Origin: an uncultured Candidatus Saccharibacteria bacterium
GTDB taxonomy: Bacteria; Patescibacteriota; UBA1384; JAMDBS01; CAYSHH01
Reading direction: 5' to 3'
NCBI GenBank assembly: GCA_964430945.1
Contig: CAYSHH010000002.1
Coordinates: 2,037 to 66,036, forward strand
DNA length: 64,000 nucleotides
Part shown: piece after piece, positions 18,204 to 28,600 of the stretch
Layout of the letters: every line of letters starts with the position of its first letter
Numbering within the stretch: the stretch's first letter is position 1
Notes under the pieces: generated by a model
Seen by the model: only the letters and a program-made list of their open reading frames with translations
What the model was told of the DNA's origin: nothing
Database searches by the model: none
Position numbers and translations under genes: made by a program

Positions 18204-19379
18204 TTGGTTATGATTTATAATATTTTAGCAAAAATACTTAAATTCTTAGCAAAACCAGTAGTCGAGAAACAAAGACCGCAAATTGTTGGTATTACTGGAA
18301 GTGTAGGAAAAACTTCCACTAAAGAAGCGATATATTCAGTACTAAAAGAGAAATATCATAATGACGTTGTTCGTGCATATAAAAATCTCAATACGGATGT
18401 TGGATTGCCATTAGTAATACTTAGGATAGATAAAACACCACTTGGATGGCAATGGATTTATGTGGTCATTCTATCTTTTTACCAATTTTTTAAATATCAA
18501 TATTTCAGCAAAAATTACCCCAAGATAATGATATTGGAATATGCGGCAGATAAACAAGGAGATATAAAATATCTTACGGATATTGTGAGACCTGATGTCG
18601 TTTGTATTACTGAGATCGGTCCAGCACATTTGGAATTTTTTAAAACAGTAGAAAATGTTGCTAGGGAAAAGATGAATTTGGCAAAAAATATGAAACCAGA
18701 CGGTATTGCAGTGCTCAATAAAGACAACTTATTGATTAAAAAATATGCTAAGGATGTTCATTATAAAAAAGTATGGTTTCACGGATCTAATACGGATGGA
18801 GCAAAAAATGCTGCTAGGGAAATAGGGAAAATATTTAATGTTGAAAGGAGCATGGTTGATCGGGGAATCTTGAATATTAAATCTATACCGGGGAGGTTGA
18901 ATCAGTTTAAGGGTATAAGGGATACAATTATTCTAGACGATACCTATAATGCAAGTCCTTTATCAATGAAATTTGCGTTGTCGTACCTGAAAGATTTTAA
19001 AAAACGAAAAAGAAAAGTTGCAATTTTAGGCGATATGCGTGAGTTGGGTGATGCAAGTTTATCTGAGCATGAAAAATTGGCTCATATTATTGCCAATAAG
19101 GCACAGTTTGCTATACTTATAGGGTCCGAAATGTGTCAGCATGTGGCTCCTATACTGGATGAAATGAAATATAATTATTTATCGTTTTCTAATTTTAGCG
19201 AAGCGAAAGACAGTATTGTTAAAAATATTAATACCAATGATATTATCCTTATAAAAGGATCACAAAATAAACTGTTTTTGGAGAGAGTTACAGAAATGTT
19301 ACTTCAAGATAAAAACGATGCTAAATATTTATGCAGACAGTCAAAACATTGGAAAAATATAAAAGAAAAAACGCTCTAA
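18204..19379 (+). CDS. murF: UDP-MurNAc-tripeptide--D-Ala-D-Ala ligase
   Basis: GITGSVGKTSTKE, DDTYNASP and LGDMRELG (the last being MurF-specific, as opposed to MurE). Confidence 0.8.
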   Translation: MVMIYNILAKILKFLAKPVVEKQRPQIVGITGSVGKTSTKEAIYSVLKEKYHNDVVRAYKNLNTDVGLPLVILRIDKTPLGWQWIYVVILSFYQFFKYQYFSKNYPKIMILEYAADKQGDIKYLTDIVRPDVVCITEIGPAHLEFFKTVENVAREKMNLAKNMKPDGIAVLNKDNLLIKKYAKDVHYKKVWFHGSNTDGAKNAAREIGKIFNVERSMVDRGILNIKSIPGRLNQFKGIRDTIILDDTYNASPLSMKFALSYLKDFKKRKRKVAILGDMRELGDASLSEHEKLAHIIANKAQFAILIGSEMCQHVAPILDEMKYNYLSFSNFSEAKDSIVKNINTNDIILIKGSQNKLFLERVTEMLLQDKNDAKYLCRQSKHWKNIKEKTL

Positions 19380-19388
19380 GGATAATCT

Positions 19389-20435
19389 ATGGAAGAATTA
19401 ATATTGTTTAACGTTGAAAGTTTGGTAAAAATATTCTGGCTTACGGCTGCAGCTTTTGTTTTGGGATTGGTTATTGCACCTGCATTTACCGACTTTTTGT
19501 ATAAAAACAAATTAGGCAAGAAAATTAGAAAAACATCAACTCTGGACAATAAAGAAGCTCCGGTTTTTTATAAATATCACAAAGGAAAAGAAAATACACC
19601 AACAATGGGAGGATTGCTTACATGGGCTGTAGTTGTGATATTGACTGTGGCTTTTAATTTCAATCGCGCAGAGACATATTTACCTCTTTTCACTTTGGCT
19701 GCTGCTGGTGTAATTGGGGCAATTGATGATCTTTTAAATATAAAAGGTGTTGGCCCAAATAGGGGCGGATTGAGTTTTAAAACAAAATTGATCATATACT
19801 TTTTGGTTGCGGTAATTGGTGCTTGGTGGTTTTACTATAAACTTGGATGGTCAAGTATTCATATTCCAGGTGGTAATCTTTTTGGTTTACCATATAATAT
19901 TGAAATAGGTTTGTGGTATATACCATTGTTTATTTTTGTATTGATGGGAACTACATTTGCGTCAAATCAAACTGATGGACTAGATGGTCTTTTGGGTGGT
20001 ATCATGTCACTTTGTTTTTTCGCTTATTCTGTTATAGCGCTTGTTAGAGGACAGATATTTCTGTCTGCATTTTGTGCAACTATGACGGGATCGATCCTGG
20101 CTTTTTTGTGGTTTAATATACATCCAGCCAGGTTTTTCATGGGTGATACTGGTTCGTTTGCTCTAGGAATGACGCTTGCCGTAGTAGCATTTCTTACTAA
20201 TTCTGTGATAGTATTACCAATAATTGCATTGGTTTTAGTGATCGAAGCAATTTCAACGATTATCCAAATTATATCTAAAAAATATTTTGGTAAAAAAGTT
20301 TTTTTATCGGCTCCAATTCATCATCATCTTGAAGCATTGGGGTGGCCAGAAACCAAAGTGACTCAACGATTTTGGGTTATTACTGCAATAACCGCAGTAA
20401 TCGGTATTGTGATAGCATTGATTGGAAGAGGATAA
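19389..20435 (+). CDS. mraY: Phospho-N-acetylmuramoyl-pentapeptide transferase
   Basis: MGDTGSFALG and multiple TMs. Confidence 0.85.
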   Translation: MEELILFNVESLVKIFWLTAAAFVLGLVIAPAFTDFLYKNKLGKKIRKTSTLDNKEAPVFYKYHKGKENTPTMGGLLTWAVVVILTVAFNFNRAETYLPLFTLAAAGVIGAIDDLLNIKGVGPNRGGLSFKTKLIIYFLVAVIGAWWFYYKLGWSSIHIPGGNLFGLPYNIEIGLWYIPLFIFVLMGTTFASNQTDGLDGLLGGIMSLCFFAYSVIALVRGQIFLSAFCATMTGSILAFLWFNIHPARFFMGDTGSFALGMTLAVVAFLTNSVIVLPIIALVLVIEAISTIIQIISKKYFGKKVFLSAPIHHHLEALGWPETKVTQRFWVITAITAVIGIVIALIGRG

Positions 20436-20481
20436 AAAATATAATTTTTAATAAAATTAAGTTTTAAAGATAAGAAATATT

Positions 20482-21186
20482 ATGAGTAAAGAAAAAAAAG
20501 AATATCCAAAACACATAGGTATAATTTTAGATGGCAATCGTAGATGGGCCAAAAAAAGAGGTCTTAATCCTTGGGATGGGCACAAAAAAGGAGCTGAAAA
20601 ATGGCGCGAACTTAAGCGTTGGATGCTTGAGCTTGGTATCAAAGAGCTGACACTTTACGTTTTTTCAATGCAAAATTTTGAACGAGAAAAAAAGGAAGTA
20701 TATTTTTTGATGAAAGTATTCGAAAATACTTTTTCCGAAATATTAAATGATCCAGAGATTGATAGTGAAGAAGTTCGCATAAAACATGTTGGTAGAAGAG
20801 AACTGCTTACTAGCGGGTTAAAAAAAGTTATCGATAAATTAGATAAAAAAACTAAAAAATATAAGAAGCATATTGTTAATTTTTGTATGGCTTATGGCGG
20901 GCAAGAAGAAATCATCGAGGCCATAAAAAAAATGTACAAAGATAAAAAATCAGAGCTAGATAATTTGACAGTCGATGAGTTCAAAGAATATCTTGAAATT
21001 ACTGACTACCCAGATATTATTATTAGAACCTCAGGAGAAGTAAGAACAAGCAATTTTTTATGTTGGCAACAAGCTTATTCCGAGTGGTTTTTTCCAAAGA
21101 TATTGTGGCCTGATTTTTCTCGAACTGATTTGGTAAATATTATTGATGAATATCTAGGTAAAAGAAATAGAAGATATGGCCGATAA
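20482..21186 (+). CDS. uppS: Undecaprenyl-diphosphate synthase (cis-prenyltransferase)
   Basis: HIGIILDGNRRWAKKRG and RTSGEVRTSNFLCWQ. Confidence 0.85.
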   Translation: MSKEKKEYPKHIGIILDGNRRWAKKRGLNPWDGHKKGAEKWRELKRWMLELGIKELTLYVFSMQNFEREKKEVYFLMKVFENTFSEILNDPEIDSEEVRIKHVGRRELLTSGLKKVIDKLDKKTKKYKKHIVNFCMAYGGQEEIIEAIKKMYKDKKSELDNLTVDEFKEYLEITDYPDIIIRTSGEVRTSNFLCWQQAYSEWFFPKILWPDFSRTDLVNIIDEYLGKRNRRYGR

Positions 21187-22237
21187 TAAGAAAAATATAA
21201 ATATGGAATATCTAGTAAAAACTATTAATAATGAGCTGGATAATTTTTTTAATAAAAAAATTTCCGAGTTGGATGAGAAAGATACTTTTTTCATAGATAT
21301 CACTAAAAATTTGAAGGAATATACTTTGAGGGGCGGTAAAAGAATTCGTCCAATATTTTTAATTTATGGTTATCGGGCTATAAAGGGTGATGTTGATAAA
21401 AGCATAATTAAATTGTCTATATTTTTGGAACTCATTCAAAGTTCACTTCTTATACATGATGATATTATGGACCAGGACAAGATACGCAGAGGAGGACTTA
21501 CGATACATGAAAAATATTCAGACTTTTTTTCTCATAGGGATGAAAGGTTTGGAGATTCGATGGCGATAATTATGGGTGATATGGCTATGAACTTTGCATA
21601 TGAAATTATTTCAGAAAGTGATATTGAAGATAATCTTAAGGCGAAAATAATAAGTATGGTTTCGAGATATGTTACCCAAGTAGATTATGGACAATCAATG
21701 GATATCCAATTGGCCAGAACTGATAACTTTAATGAAAAAGATGTAAAGAGTGTTCATTTCTATAAAACAATGATATATACCACGATGATGCCATTAATGG
21801 TTGGTGCTGTTTTGGCTGGAGCAAAAAATAATGAGTTGAAATATATTAAAAAATACGCAGAAGATGTAGGCTTGGCGTTTCAAGTACAAGATGACATTAT
21901 GGGATTGTATGGTGATCAAAAAACGGTTGGTAAGCCAATAGGGTCAGACATAAAAGAAAATAAAAAGACATTACTGATTTTCAGAGCTATTGAAAAGGCT
22001 AGCGTGAGTGATAAAAAATATTTATTGAATTGTCTAGGAAATTCAGAGATTAGTAATAAAGATATAGAAAAAGTGAGAGAAATTGTAAAAAATACCGGAG
22101 CGTATAAATATTCCTTAGACTTAGCTAAAAAACTGGTTGGTTTAGCAATTGAAAGTATAAATGAAGCTAACCTTGATAGGATAACGAAAAGTGAACTAAT
22201 TAATATATCTAAATATATTATTACGCGAAATAAGTAA
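21176..22237 (+). CDS. Trans-polyprenyl diphosphate synthase (FPP/GGPP synthase family)
   Basis: FARM LLIHDDIMD and SARM VQDDIMG. It overlaps the uppS end by 11 nt. Confidence 0.8.
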   Translation: MADNKKNINMEYLVKTINNELDNFFNKKISELDEKDTFFIDITKNLKEYTLRGGKRIRPIFLIYGYRAIKGDVDKSIIKLSIFLELIQSSLLIHDDIMDQDKIRRGGLTIHEKYSDFFSHRDERFGDSMAIIMGDMAMNFAYEIISESDIEDNLKAKIISMVSRYVTQVDYGQSMDIQLARTDNFNEKDVKSVHFYKTMIYTTMMPLMVGAVLAGAKNNELKYIKKYAEDVGLAFQVQDDIMGLYGDQKTVGKPIGSDIKENKKTLLIFRAIEKASVSDKKYLLNCLGNSEISNKDIEKVREIVKNTGAYKYSLDLAKKLVGLAIESINEANLDRITKSELINISKYIITRNK

Positions 22238-22263
22238 TAATATTTGTTATAATTGTTTTATCA

Positions 22264-23697
22264 ATGAAAAAATATATTGAGCAATTAGTAGAAAAAAAGA
22301 TTGCAGTTTTAGGTTACGGGATAAATAACCAGAAGCTCTTGGAGTGGATTTTTGCACATGGGGCAAAAGATGTTACAATTTGTGACCGAAATAAATCTAT
22401 AATCGATGACGATATTGTTAAAGAAATGGTTGCGCAACTCGGATTAAAACTTAATTTGGGGGAAAGATATTTAGATAATTTGTCCAAATACGATATAGTT
22501 TTTAGAACCCCAGGAATACCATATTTTAATGATAAAATACAAGATGCAAAGAAAAAGGGCGTTATTATATCAAGTCAAACAAATTTATTTTTTCAGCTAT
22601 GTCCTGGGAAAATAATTGGTGTTACGGGTACGAAGGGTAAAGGTACAACCAGTACACTCATATACGAAATATTGAAAAAAACAAACGAATCAAGGGTTAA
22701 AGGGGTATCAAATATATATCTTGGTGGGAATATTGGCAAAGATCCATTTGAGTTTATCGATGAAATAGAGAAAAATGATTGGGTAATTTTAGAGTTGTCT
22801 AGTTTCCAACTTCAGGATTTAAATATCAGTCCCCATATCGCAGTAGTTTTAAATATCACATCTGATCATCTGGATCATCATAAGACAGTTAAAGAATATC
22901 GTGACGCGAAATTGAATATTGTTCGTCATCAAAATAAGGATGATTTTACTGTTATTAATATGGATTACTTAACATCATTTGAGTTTGCCGAGACGAGTCC
23001 AACTGAGAATGATTATTATTTTTCAGTTAAAAAATCGGTTGATTTGGGAACTTATATTAAGCGGGATAGTCTTTCGCGGTCTGATCAGGGAATTATATGT
23101 ATGCGTGATGAAAAATCTGAAAAAGACATAATTAAAACTGATAATATCAAAATAGTCGGAAGACATAATTTGGAAAATATTTGTGCAGCAGTTTGTGCTT
23201 CTCGTTTAGCTGGAGCAAAATTAGAAATAATTTCCCAAGTGGTCGGCAATTTCAAAGGTTTGAGACATAGAATAGAATTTATTGAAGAAAGTGATGGCGT
23301 TAAATATTACAATGATTCTGCTTCAACCAATCCTGATACAGCTATTGCTGCAATAAAATCTTTTTCTGAACCGTTAGTATTGATTTTAGGCGGATCAAGT
23401 AAAAACGCTAAGTATGACAGACTGGCTCAAGAAATATTAAAAAGAAATATCAGGGCAATAATTAGCATGGGTATAACTGGTAAAGAGATTGTCAAAAATA
23501 TAAAAGAGCTCAACCAGAGCGATGAGTTGAAAATATATGAGAATTGTAAAAATATGAAAGAGGCTGTGATGTTGGCTAAAAAAACAGCAAAGGATAAGGA
23601 TGTTGTTTTATTGTCACCTGCATCAGCTAGTTTCGGAATGTTTGTTAATTATCAGGATAGAGGTGATCAGTTTAGAGAAGAAGTTCTTAATCGTTAA
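22264..23697 (+). CDS. murD: UDP-MurNAc-L-Ala--D-Glu ligase
   Basis: GVTGTKGKGTTST and LGGSSKNAKYD. Confidence 0.8.
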   Translation: MKKYIEQLVEKKIAVLGYGINNQKLLEWIFAHGAKDVTICDRNKSIIDDDIVKEMVAQLGLKLNLGERYLDNLSKYDIVFRTPGIPYFNDKIQDAKKKGVIISSQTNLFFQLCPGKIIGVTGTKGKGTTSTLIYEILKKTNESRVKGVSNIYLGGNIGKDPFEFIDEIEKNDWVILELSSFQLQDLNISPHIAVVLNITSDHLDHHKTVKEYRDAKLNIVRHQNKDDFTVINMDYLTSFEFAETSPTENDYYFSVKKSVDLGTYIKRDSLSRSDQGIICMRDEKSEKDIIKTDNIKIVGRHNLENICAAVCASRLAGAKLEIISQVVGNFKGLRHRIEFIEESDGVKYYNDSASTNPDTAIAAIKSFSEPLVLILGGSSKNAKYDRLAQEILKRNIRAIISMGITGKEIVKNIKELNQSDELKIYENCKNMKEAVMLAKKTAKDKDVVLLSPASASFGMFVNYQDRGDQFREEVLNR

Positions 23698-23762
23698 ATA
23701 TGAAATTGAATAGACAAGTATTTCTCAATTATTAAGCTTACTAAATAATAGAATAAAACACT

Positions 23763-24878
23763 ATGAGTTTAGATAAATATAGAAGAAAAAATGGTAATGG
23801 GAGAATAGACTACTGGCTTTTATTCTTAGTATTCGGTCTTTGTATATTTGGACTTTTAATGATTTATTCTTCTTCGGCAGTATTATCTTTTGAGAGATAT
23901 GGAGTTAATAATTATTATTTTAAAAAACAGTTAATCAGTCTAGCGATAGGTCTAGTGGGGATGGGTGTGGCATCGTTTATTGATTATCGTTTTTGGAAAA
24001 AATATTCAGTATTATTGCTTGGGATCACAGTTATTTTACTTTTGGCTGTATTTGTTTTTAGTGAAGTTACTGGTGGTGCTCAGAGATGGCTTATGTTTGG
24101 AGGATTGTCGATTCAGCCTTCAGAGATAGCAAAAATAACTTTTATAATATATCTGGCAGCTTGGCTTGAAAAGAGAAATGAAAAAGTACAAGATTTCAGA
24201 TATGGATTTCTGCCTTTTGTTGCAATACTTGGGATAATAGGTTTTCTTATTATTAAGCAACCAGACATGGGAACTATGTCAGTGATTGTGGCGACTGCCG
24301 TTGTGATGTTTTTTGTTTCTGGTGCATCTTTAGTACACCTAGGAATTGGTCTAGTATTTCTTGTGGGTATGTTTTTACTTCTCATTAAATCTGCTCCATA
24401 TCGTATGCAGAGATTTTTGGTTTTTTTGAATCCATCCAACGAAAAGTTGGGAGCAGGGTATCATATAAATCAGGCTTTGCTTGCTATCGGATCTGGTGGA
24501 ATATGGGGGCTTGGTTTCGGACAATCAAAACAAAAATATTTATATCTCCCAGAACCTCATACTGATTCTATATTTGCAATCGTTACAGAAGAACTAGGTT
24601 TTTTGAGAGCGATTCTGATTTTTGTTGTATTTTTACTGATAGCAATAAGAGGATTTAAGATAGCGAAGAACGCTCCAGATCAATTTGCTACATTTTTAGC
24701 TGTAGGCATAACTACTTGGATAATCGTGCAGTTTTTTGTAAATATTGGTGCTATGATAGGACTTTTGCCGTTGACCGGTATTCCATTGCCATTTGTTTCT
24801 TATGGTGGATCTTCTCTCATTGTCCTTTTATTTGGAGTGGGGATGCTTCTAAACGTTTCGAAACAAACAAGAGTATAA
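23763..24878 (+). CDS. ftsW: SEDS glycosyltransferase FtsW
   Basis: A polytopic FtsW/RodA-family protein in the murD-murG position. Confidence 0.8.
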   Translation: MSLDKYRRKNGNGRIDYWLLFLVFGLCIFGLLMIYSSSAVLSFERYGVNNYYFKKQLISLAIGLVGMGVASFIDYRFWKKYSVLLLGITVILLLAVFVFSEVTGGAQRWLMFGGLSIQPSEIAKITFIIYLAAWLEKRNEKVQDFRYGFLPFVAILGIIGFLIIKQPDMGTMSVIVATAVVMFFVSGASLVHLGIGLVFLVGMFLLLIKSAPYRMQRFLVFLNPSNEKLGAGYHINQALLAIGSGGIWGLGFGQSKQKYLYLPEPHTDSIFAIVTEELGFLRAILIFVVFLLIAIRGFKIAKNAPDQFATFLAVGITTWIIVQFFVNIGAMIGLLPLTGIPLPFVSYGGSSLIVLLFGVGMLLNVSKQTRV

Positions 24879-24916
24879 AAAATTAAACAATATAATCAAA
24901 CATTTAAACATGTATT

Positions 24917-25999
24917 ATGAGTAAAAAAGACAGCAAGGAAATTAAAATTTTGATTACTGGTGGTGGAACTGGGGGGCACGCTGTGCCATTGATGGCTATT
25001 GTTGACGAACTTAAAAAAAAGACATCCAATATTTTATATGTAGGTTCGGGTGCAGAAATTGAGAAGGAGCTGTCTAAGGATAGAAAAATTTCCTATAAAA
25101 CCATTATGTCTGGTAAATGGCGCCGATATTTTGATATTAATAATTTTATTGACTTATTCAAAGTAATGATTGGTTTTATACAAAGTTTTTTTATAATACT
25201 TTCCTATAATCCTGATGTTATTTTTTCCAAAGGTGGGTACGTAGGACTTCCAATAGTTTATGCGGGTAATGTGCTTGGGAAAACTATTTATATACATGAA
25301 ACTGATTCAGTTTTAGGTTTGGCAAATCAGAAATCTATTTCTAAATGTAATAAAATTTTTACTGGTTATCCACCAAAATATTATCCACAAATTCCTGTAT
25401 CAAAAATCATATATACTGGAAATCCAATTAGAGATGATTTTAAAAAAGCAGGTAATAGGAAGATTTTTAAGAATACTAAAAAAACTATATTTGTTACTGG
25501 TGGGTCACAAGGGGCAAGATTTATCAACCAGATTATTGCAAAAATATTATCTCAATTGACTGAAAAATATAATGTAATACACCTTTGTGGTAAGATCGAT
25601 TATGAATGGCTCAATAAAAATAAAAATATTTGGAAGGATTATTTACTTTTTGATTTCGCTAAACCGCATGATTTTGCGGAATATATGAAATATAGCGATT
25701 TAGTAATAAGTCGAGCCGGAGGCACAATTGCTGAAATTGCGTATTGTGGTAAGGTGGCGATTATTGTTCCACTGCCGACAAGTGCCAATAATCATCAGGA
25801 AAGTAATGCTAAAATATTGGAATTGGAGAATGCTGCTATCGTTCTTCGAGAAAAAGGCCTAACTTCTGAAAGCCTTTTGGATATAGTCGACAGACTCATG
25901 GAAGACAAAAATTTGTTGGCTGAACTAAAGCAGAAAATATCACAATTTTCTCAGTCGGATGCTGCAAAAGTAATTTCAAAAAACATATTGAAAAATTGA
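24917..25999 (+). CDS. murG: Undecaprenyl-PP-MurNAc-pentapeptide GlcNAc transferase
   Basis: ILITGGGTGGHAVP and a GT-B fold. Confidence 0.85.
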   Translation: MSKKDSKEIKILITGGGTGGHAVPLMAIVDELKKKTSNILYVGSGAEIEKELSKDRKISYKTIMSGKWRRYFDINNFIDLFKVMIGFIQSFFIILSYNPDVIFSKGGYVGLPIVYAGNVLGKTIYIHETDSVLGLANQKSISKCNKIFTGYPPKYYPQIPVSKIIYTGNPIRDDFKKAGNRKIFKNTKKTIFVTGGSQGARFINQIIAKILSQLTEKYNVIHLCGKIDYEWLNKNKNIWKDYLLFDFAKPHDFAEYMKYSDLVISRAGGTIAEIAYCGKVAIIVPLPTSANNHQESNAKILELENAAIVLREKGLTSESLLDIVDRLMEDKNLLAELKQKISQFSQSDAAKVISKNILKN

Positions 26000-26086
26000 T
26001 CATTTAAAATACGAGCTAATTTATAAAGAGTTATCATAAAATATTGATTTTAATAACGGTATTAAAAAGCGAAAGGTGGTGAAAAA

Positions 26087-26221
26087 ATGCTTATTTGTAC
26101 TGTTTGTAGAAATGAATTTTCTGATAATGATAGCTTAAGCAGTGAAGGGCACAATAGATGTCCACACTGTCAGGGGCTTGTTATCGGGGAGAATCTGATC
26201 CTTTTGTGGGATCATATTTAG
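26087..26221 (+). CDS. Putative zinc-ribbon microprotein (44 aa)
   Basis: CTVC...CPHC with the SD aaaggtggtg 6 nt upstream and a terminator immediately after. It lies between murG and murC. Confidence 0.3.
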   Translation: MLICTVCRNEFSDNDSLSSEGHNRCPHCQGLVIGENLILLWDHI

Positions 26222-26231
26222 TGTGCTATTT

Positions 26232-26254
26232 GGTTCCCTTGTGGAACCTTTTTT
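26232..26254 (+). terminator. Rho-independent terminator
   Basis: ggttcc-cttgt-ggaacc followed by T6. Confidence 0.55.
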
Positions 26255-26283
26255 AATTTACCCTAAAATGCTAAAATTAGGAT

Positions 26284-27585
26284 ATGAAAAATAATAAATT
26301 ACATTATTACTTATTGGGTATATGTGGAGTTTCAATGAGTGGTATCGCATATCTTTTGTCAAAAAAAGGTTATATCGTAAGTGGTTCAGATCTTAGGAAA
26401 TGCAAAATTTTAGATACAAATATAAAAATCTATGAAGGACATAGTAGCACCCATGTCAATTCTGATCTTGATACGGTCGTATATACATCTGCTGTAGCCG
26501 ACAAGGATTCACAGGGCTATTTGGAACTAAAGAGAGCGAAAGAACTTGGTATAAAAACATTGAAGCGGTCTGAGTTGATTGGGCAGTTGATGAATAATGA
26601 GTTTGGTATAGCCATAAGTGGAATGCATGGCAAAACAACTGTAAGTACGATGATCTCGTTGATTTTGGAAAGTGCAAATTACGATCCAACTTGTCTTATT
26701 GGTACAAATGTTAAAGAATGGAATTCAAACGTTAGGGTAGGAAAAAGTAAGTATTTTGTGGCTGAAGCTTGTGAATATGATAGACAGATGCTCAATTTTA
26801 GACCAAGAGTTGTTCTGATCACGAATATGGAAGAGGAACATCTGGATACATATAAAAATGGAATGAGAGATATAAAACAGGCTTTTAAGAAATTTGTAAA
26901 ACTTATACCAAAAAATGGATTATTGGTGCTCTGTGCCGATGACAAGAATGTAGCGATGCTCAAAAAATACGCAAAATGTAAGGTGAAATTTTATTCGATA
27001 AACAAACCTTGGCCAGGTTTAAAACTTAAACTTCCAGGAAAATATAATTTGCAAAATGCTACTGGAGCAGCAAGGCTTTGCCATGAACTTGGAATAGAAA
27101 GTAATATTATCAAAAAAACACTCAACGGTTTTAGTGGTGCCGGGAGAAGATGTGAAATTGTAGGAAGAAAAAACGGTGTATTAATAATTGACGACTATGC
27201 ACATCATCCAACTGAGATCAAGAAAACTTTAGAAGGTATCAAAAATAAATATCCTGAAAAAAGACTTGTTGTTGCTTATCAGCCACATCAGCAACAAAGA
27301 ACTAAACTATTATTTAATGATTTTATTAAATCTTTTGATATGGCTGATAAAATTATTATGAATAAAGTTTACTTAATTGCCGGTAGAGAAAAAGAAACTA
27401 GTGAAAATTTGGCAGAAAAATTAGTTCAAGAAATTAAAACTCGCGGAAAAGATGTCGTTTATGTAGATAATTATGATGACACGTTGAAAAGCCTTTTGGA
27501 AAATACTAAAAGTGGTGATGTGATTGTAACCATGGGTGCTACAGATATTTATACTGTTGGTAAAAAATATTTATTGCAGAAGTAA
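26284..27585 (+). CDS. murC: UDP-MurNAc--L-alanine ligase
   Basis: GICGVSMSG, GMHGKTT and DDYAHHPTEI. Confidence 0.85.
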   Translation: MKNNKLHYYLLGICGVSMSGIAYLLSKKGYIVSGSDLRKCKILDTNIKIYEGHSSTHVNSDLDTVVYTSAVADKDSQGYLELKRAKELGIKTLKRSELIGQLMNNEFGIAISGMHGKTTVSTMISLILESANYDPTCLIGTNVKEWNSNVRVGKSKYFVAEACEYDRQMLNFRPRVVLITNMEEEHLDTYKNGMRDIKQAFKKFVKLIPKNGLLVLCADDKNVAMLKKYAKCKVKFYSINKPWPGLKLKLPGKYNLQNATGAARLCHELGIESNIIKKTLNGFSGAGRRCEIVGRKNGVLIIDDYAHHPTEIKKTLEGIKNKYPEKRLVVAYQPHQQQRTKLLFNDFIKSFDMADKIIMNKVYLIAGREKETSENLAEKLVQEIKTRGKDVVYVDNYDDTLKSLLENTKSGDVIVTMGATDIYTVGKKYLLQK

Positions 27586-27612
27586 TTTAAATTATTAGAA
27601 TAATATTGATAT

Positions 27613-28563
27613 ATGTTGAAATCAAACAAACTCAAAAAGGTTTTAGGAAACCGACTCAAAGAGCATATCACTCTAAGAGAGTATACTACCATGAAAGTCG
27701 GTGGGGTGGCCGATTATTTTTTTGAGGCCGAGAACGTTGAAGATATAATTAGTGCTGTAATGGCAGCGCGAGCCGATAAGATACCTTTTTTTATAATTGG
27801 CTGGGGGAGTAATATATTGGTTTCCGATTATGGTTTTCCAGGGCTTATTATAAGGAATAAGAGCAATAATATTTCATATCTACCGGATAAATCACAAGTT
27901 ATTGCAGACTCTGGAGTGGATCTATCTAGGCTCATACTCTATGCTATTAATCAAAATCTGGGTGGTATGGAAAAGCTATATGGTATTCCTGGTAGCGTGG
28001 GTGGTGCGGTATACGGCAATGCGGGTGCATATCAGTCTGAAATATCGGATTTTATTAAATCGGTAACTATGCTTACGTTAAACAATAAAATTGTTAGCAA
28101 GCCCAAAGATTGGCTGGAGACTACATATAGATCAACTAAATTGAAAAAAACAAAAGATAAAGACCATGTAATATTAACTGTTAAATTTCAATTTGCACAT
28201 AACAAAAAAGAACAAATGCTTGAAAATATTGGAAAAATTAGAGCTGAGCGAAATACTAGATTGGGTGGGTTGGGGCCTAGTGCTGGGTCAGTTTTTAAAA
28301 ATCCATTGGCTGGAAAAGATTATAAGACTGTTGAAATGGCAAAACAAAGATCGGCTGGATTTTTACTCGACAGTATTGGTGCAAAAAAAATAAGAATTGG
28401 TGATGCTGGTATTTTCGCTAAACACGCAAATATTATTGAGAATAGAGGAAGTGCTTTATCCACCGATGTAAGACTTCTTATAGAAAAACTTAGAGAAGAA
28501 GTAAGAACAAATTCGGGTATTGATCTAGAGGAAGAAATTGAATATGTAGGACAATGGGAGTAA
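27613..28563 (+). CDS. murB: UDP-N-acetylenolpyruvoylglucosamine reductase
   Basis: FAD-binding MKVGGVADYF and GWGSNILV. Confidence 0.8.
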   Translation: MLKSNKLKKVLGNRLKEHITLREYTTMKVGGVADYFFEAENVEDIISAVMAARADKIPFFIIGWGSNILVSDYGFPGLIIRNKSNNISYLPDKSQVIADSGVDLSRLILYAINQNLGGMEKLYGIPGSVGGAVYGNAGAYQSEISDFIKSVTMLTLNNKIVSKPKDWLETTYRSTKLKKTKDKDHVILTVKFQFAHNKKEQMLENIGKIRAERNTRLGGLGPSAGSVFKNPLAGKDYKTVEMAKQRSAGFLLDSIGAKKIRIGDAGIFAKHANIIENRGSALSTDVRLLIEKLREEVRTNSGIDLEEEIEYVGQWE

Positions 28564-28600
28564 ATAAAGATTTTAAACTAATAAATAAAAATTAAATTTT

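Noticed and set aside
18204-19379. Possibility that the murF-like gene is actually murE
   Set aside because: The C-terminal LGDMRELGD motif is MurF-type; MurE has GCGGDRD. It is kept as murF, but flagged because murE is otherwise missing.
26456-26963. Two minus-strand ORFs inside murC
   Set aside because: They lie antisense within a confidently called Mur ligase.
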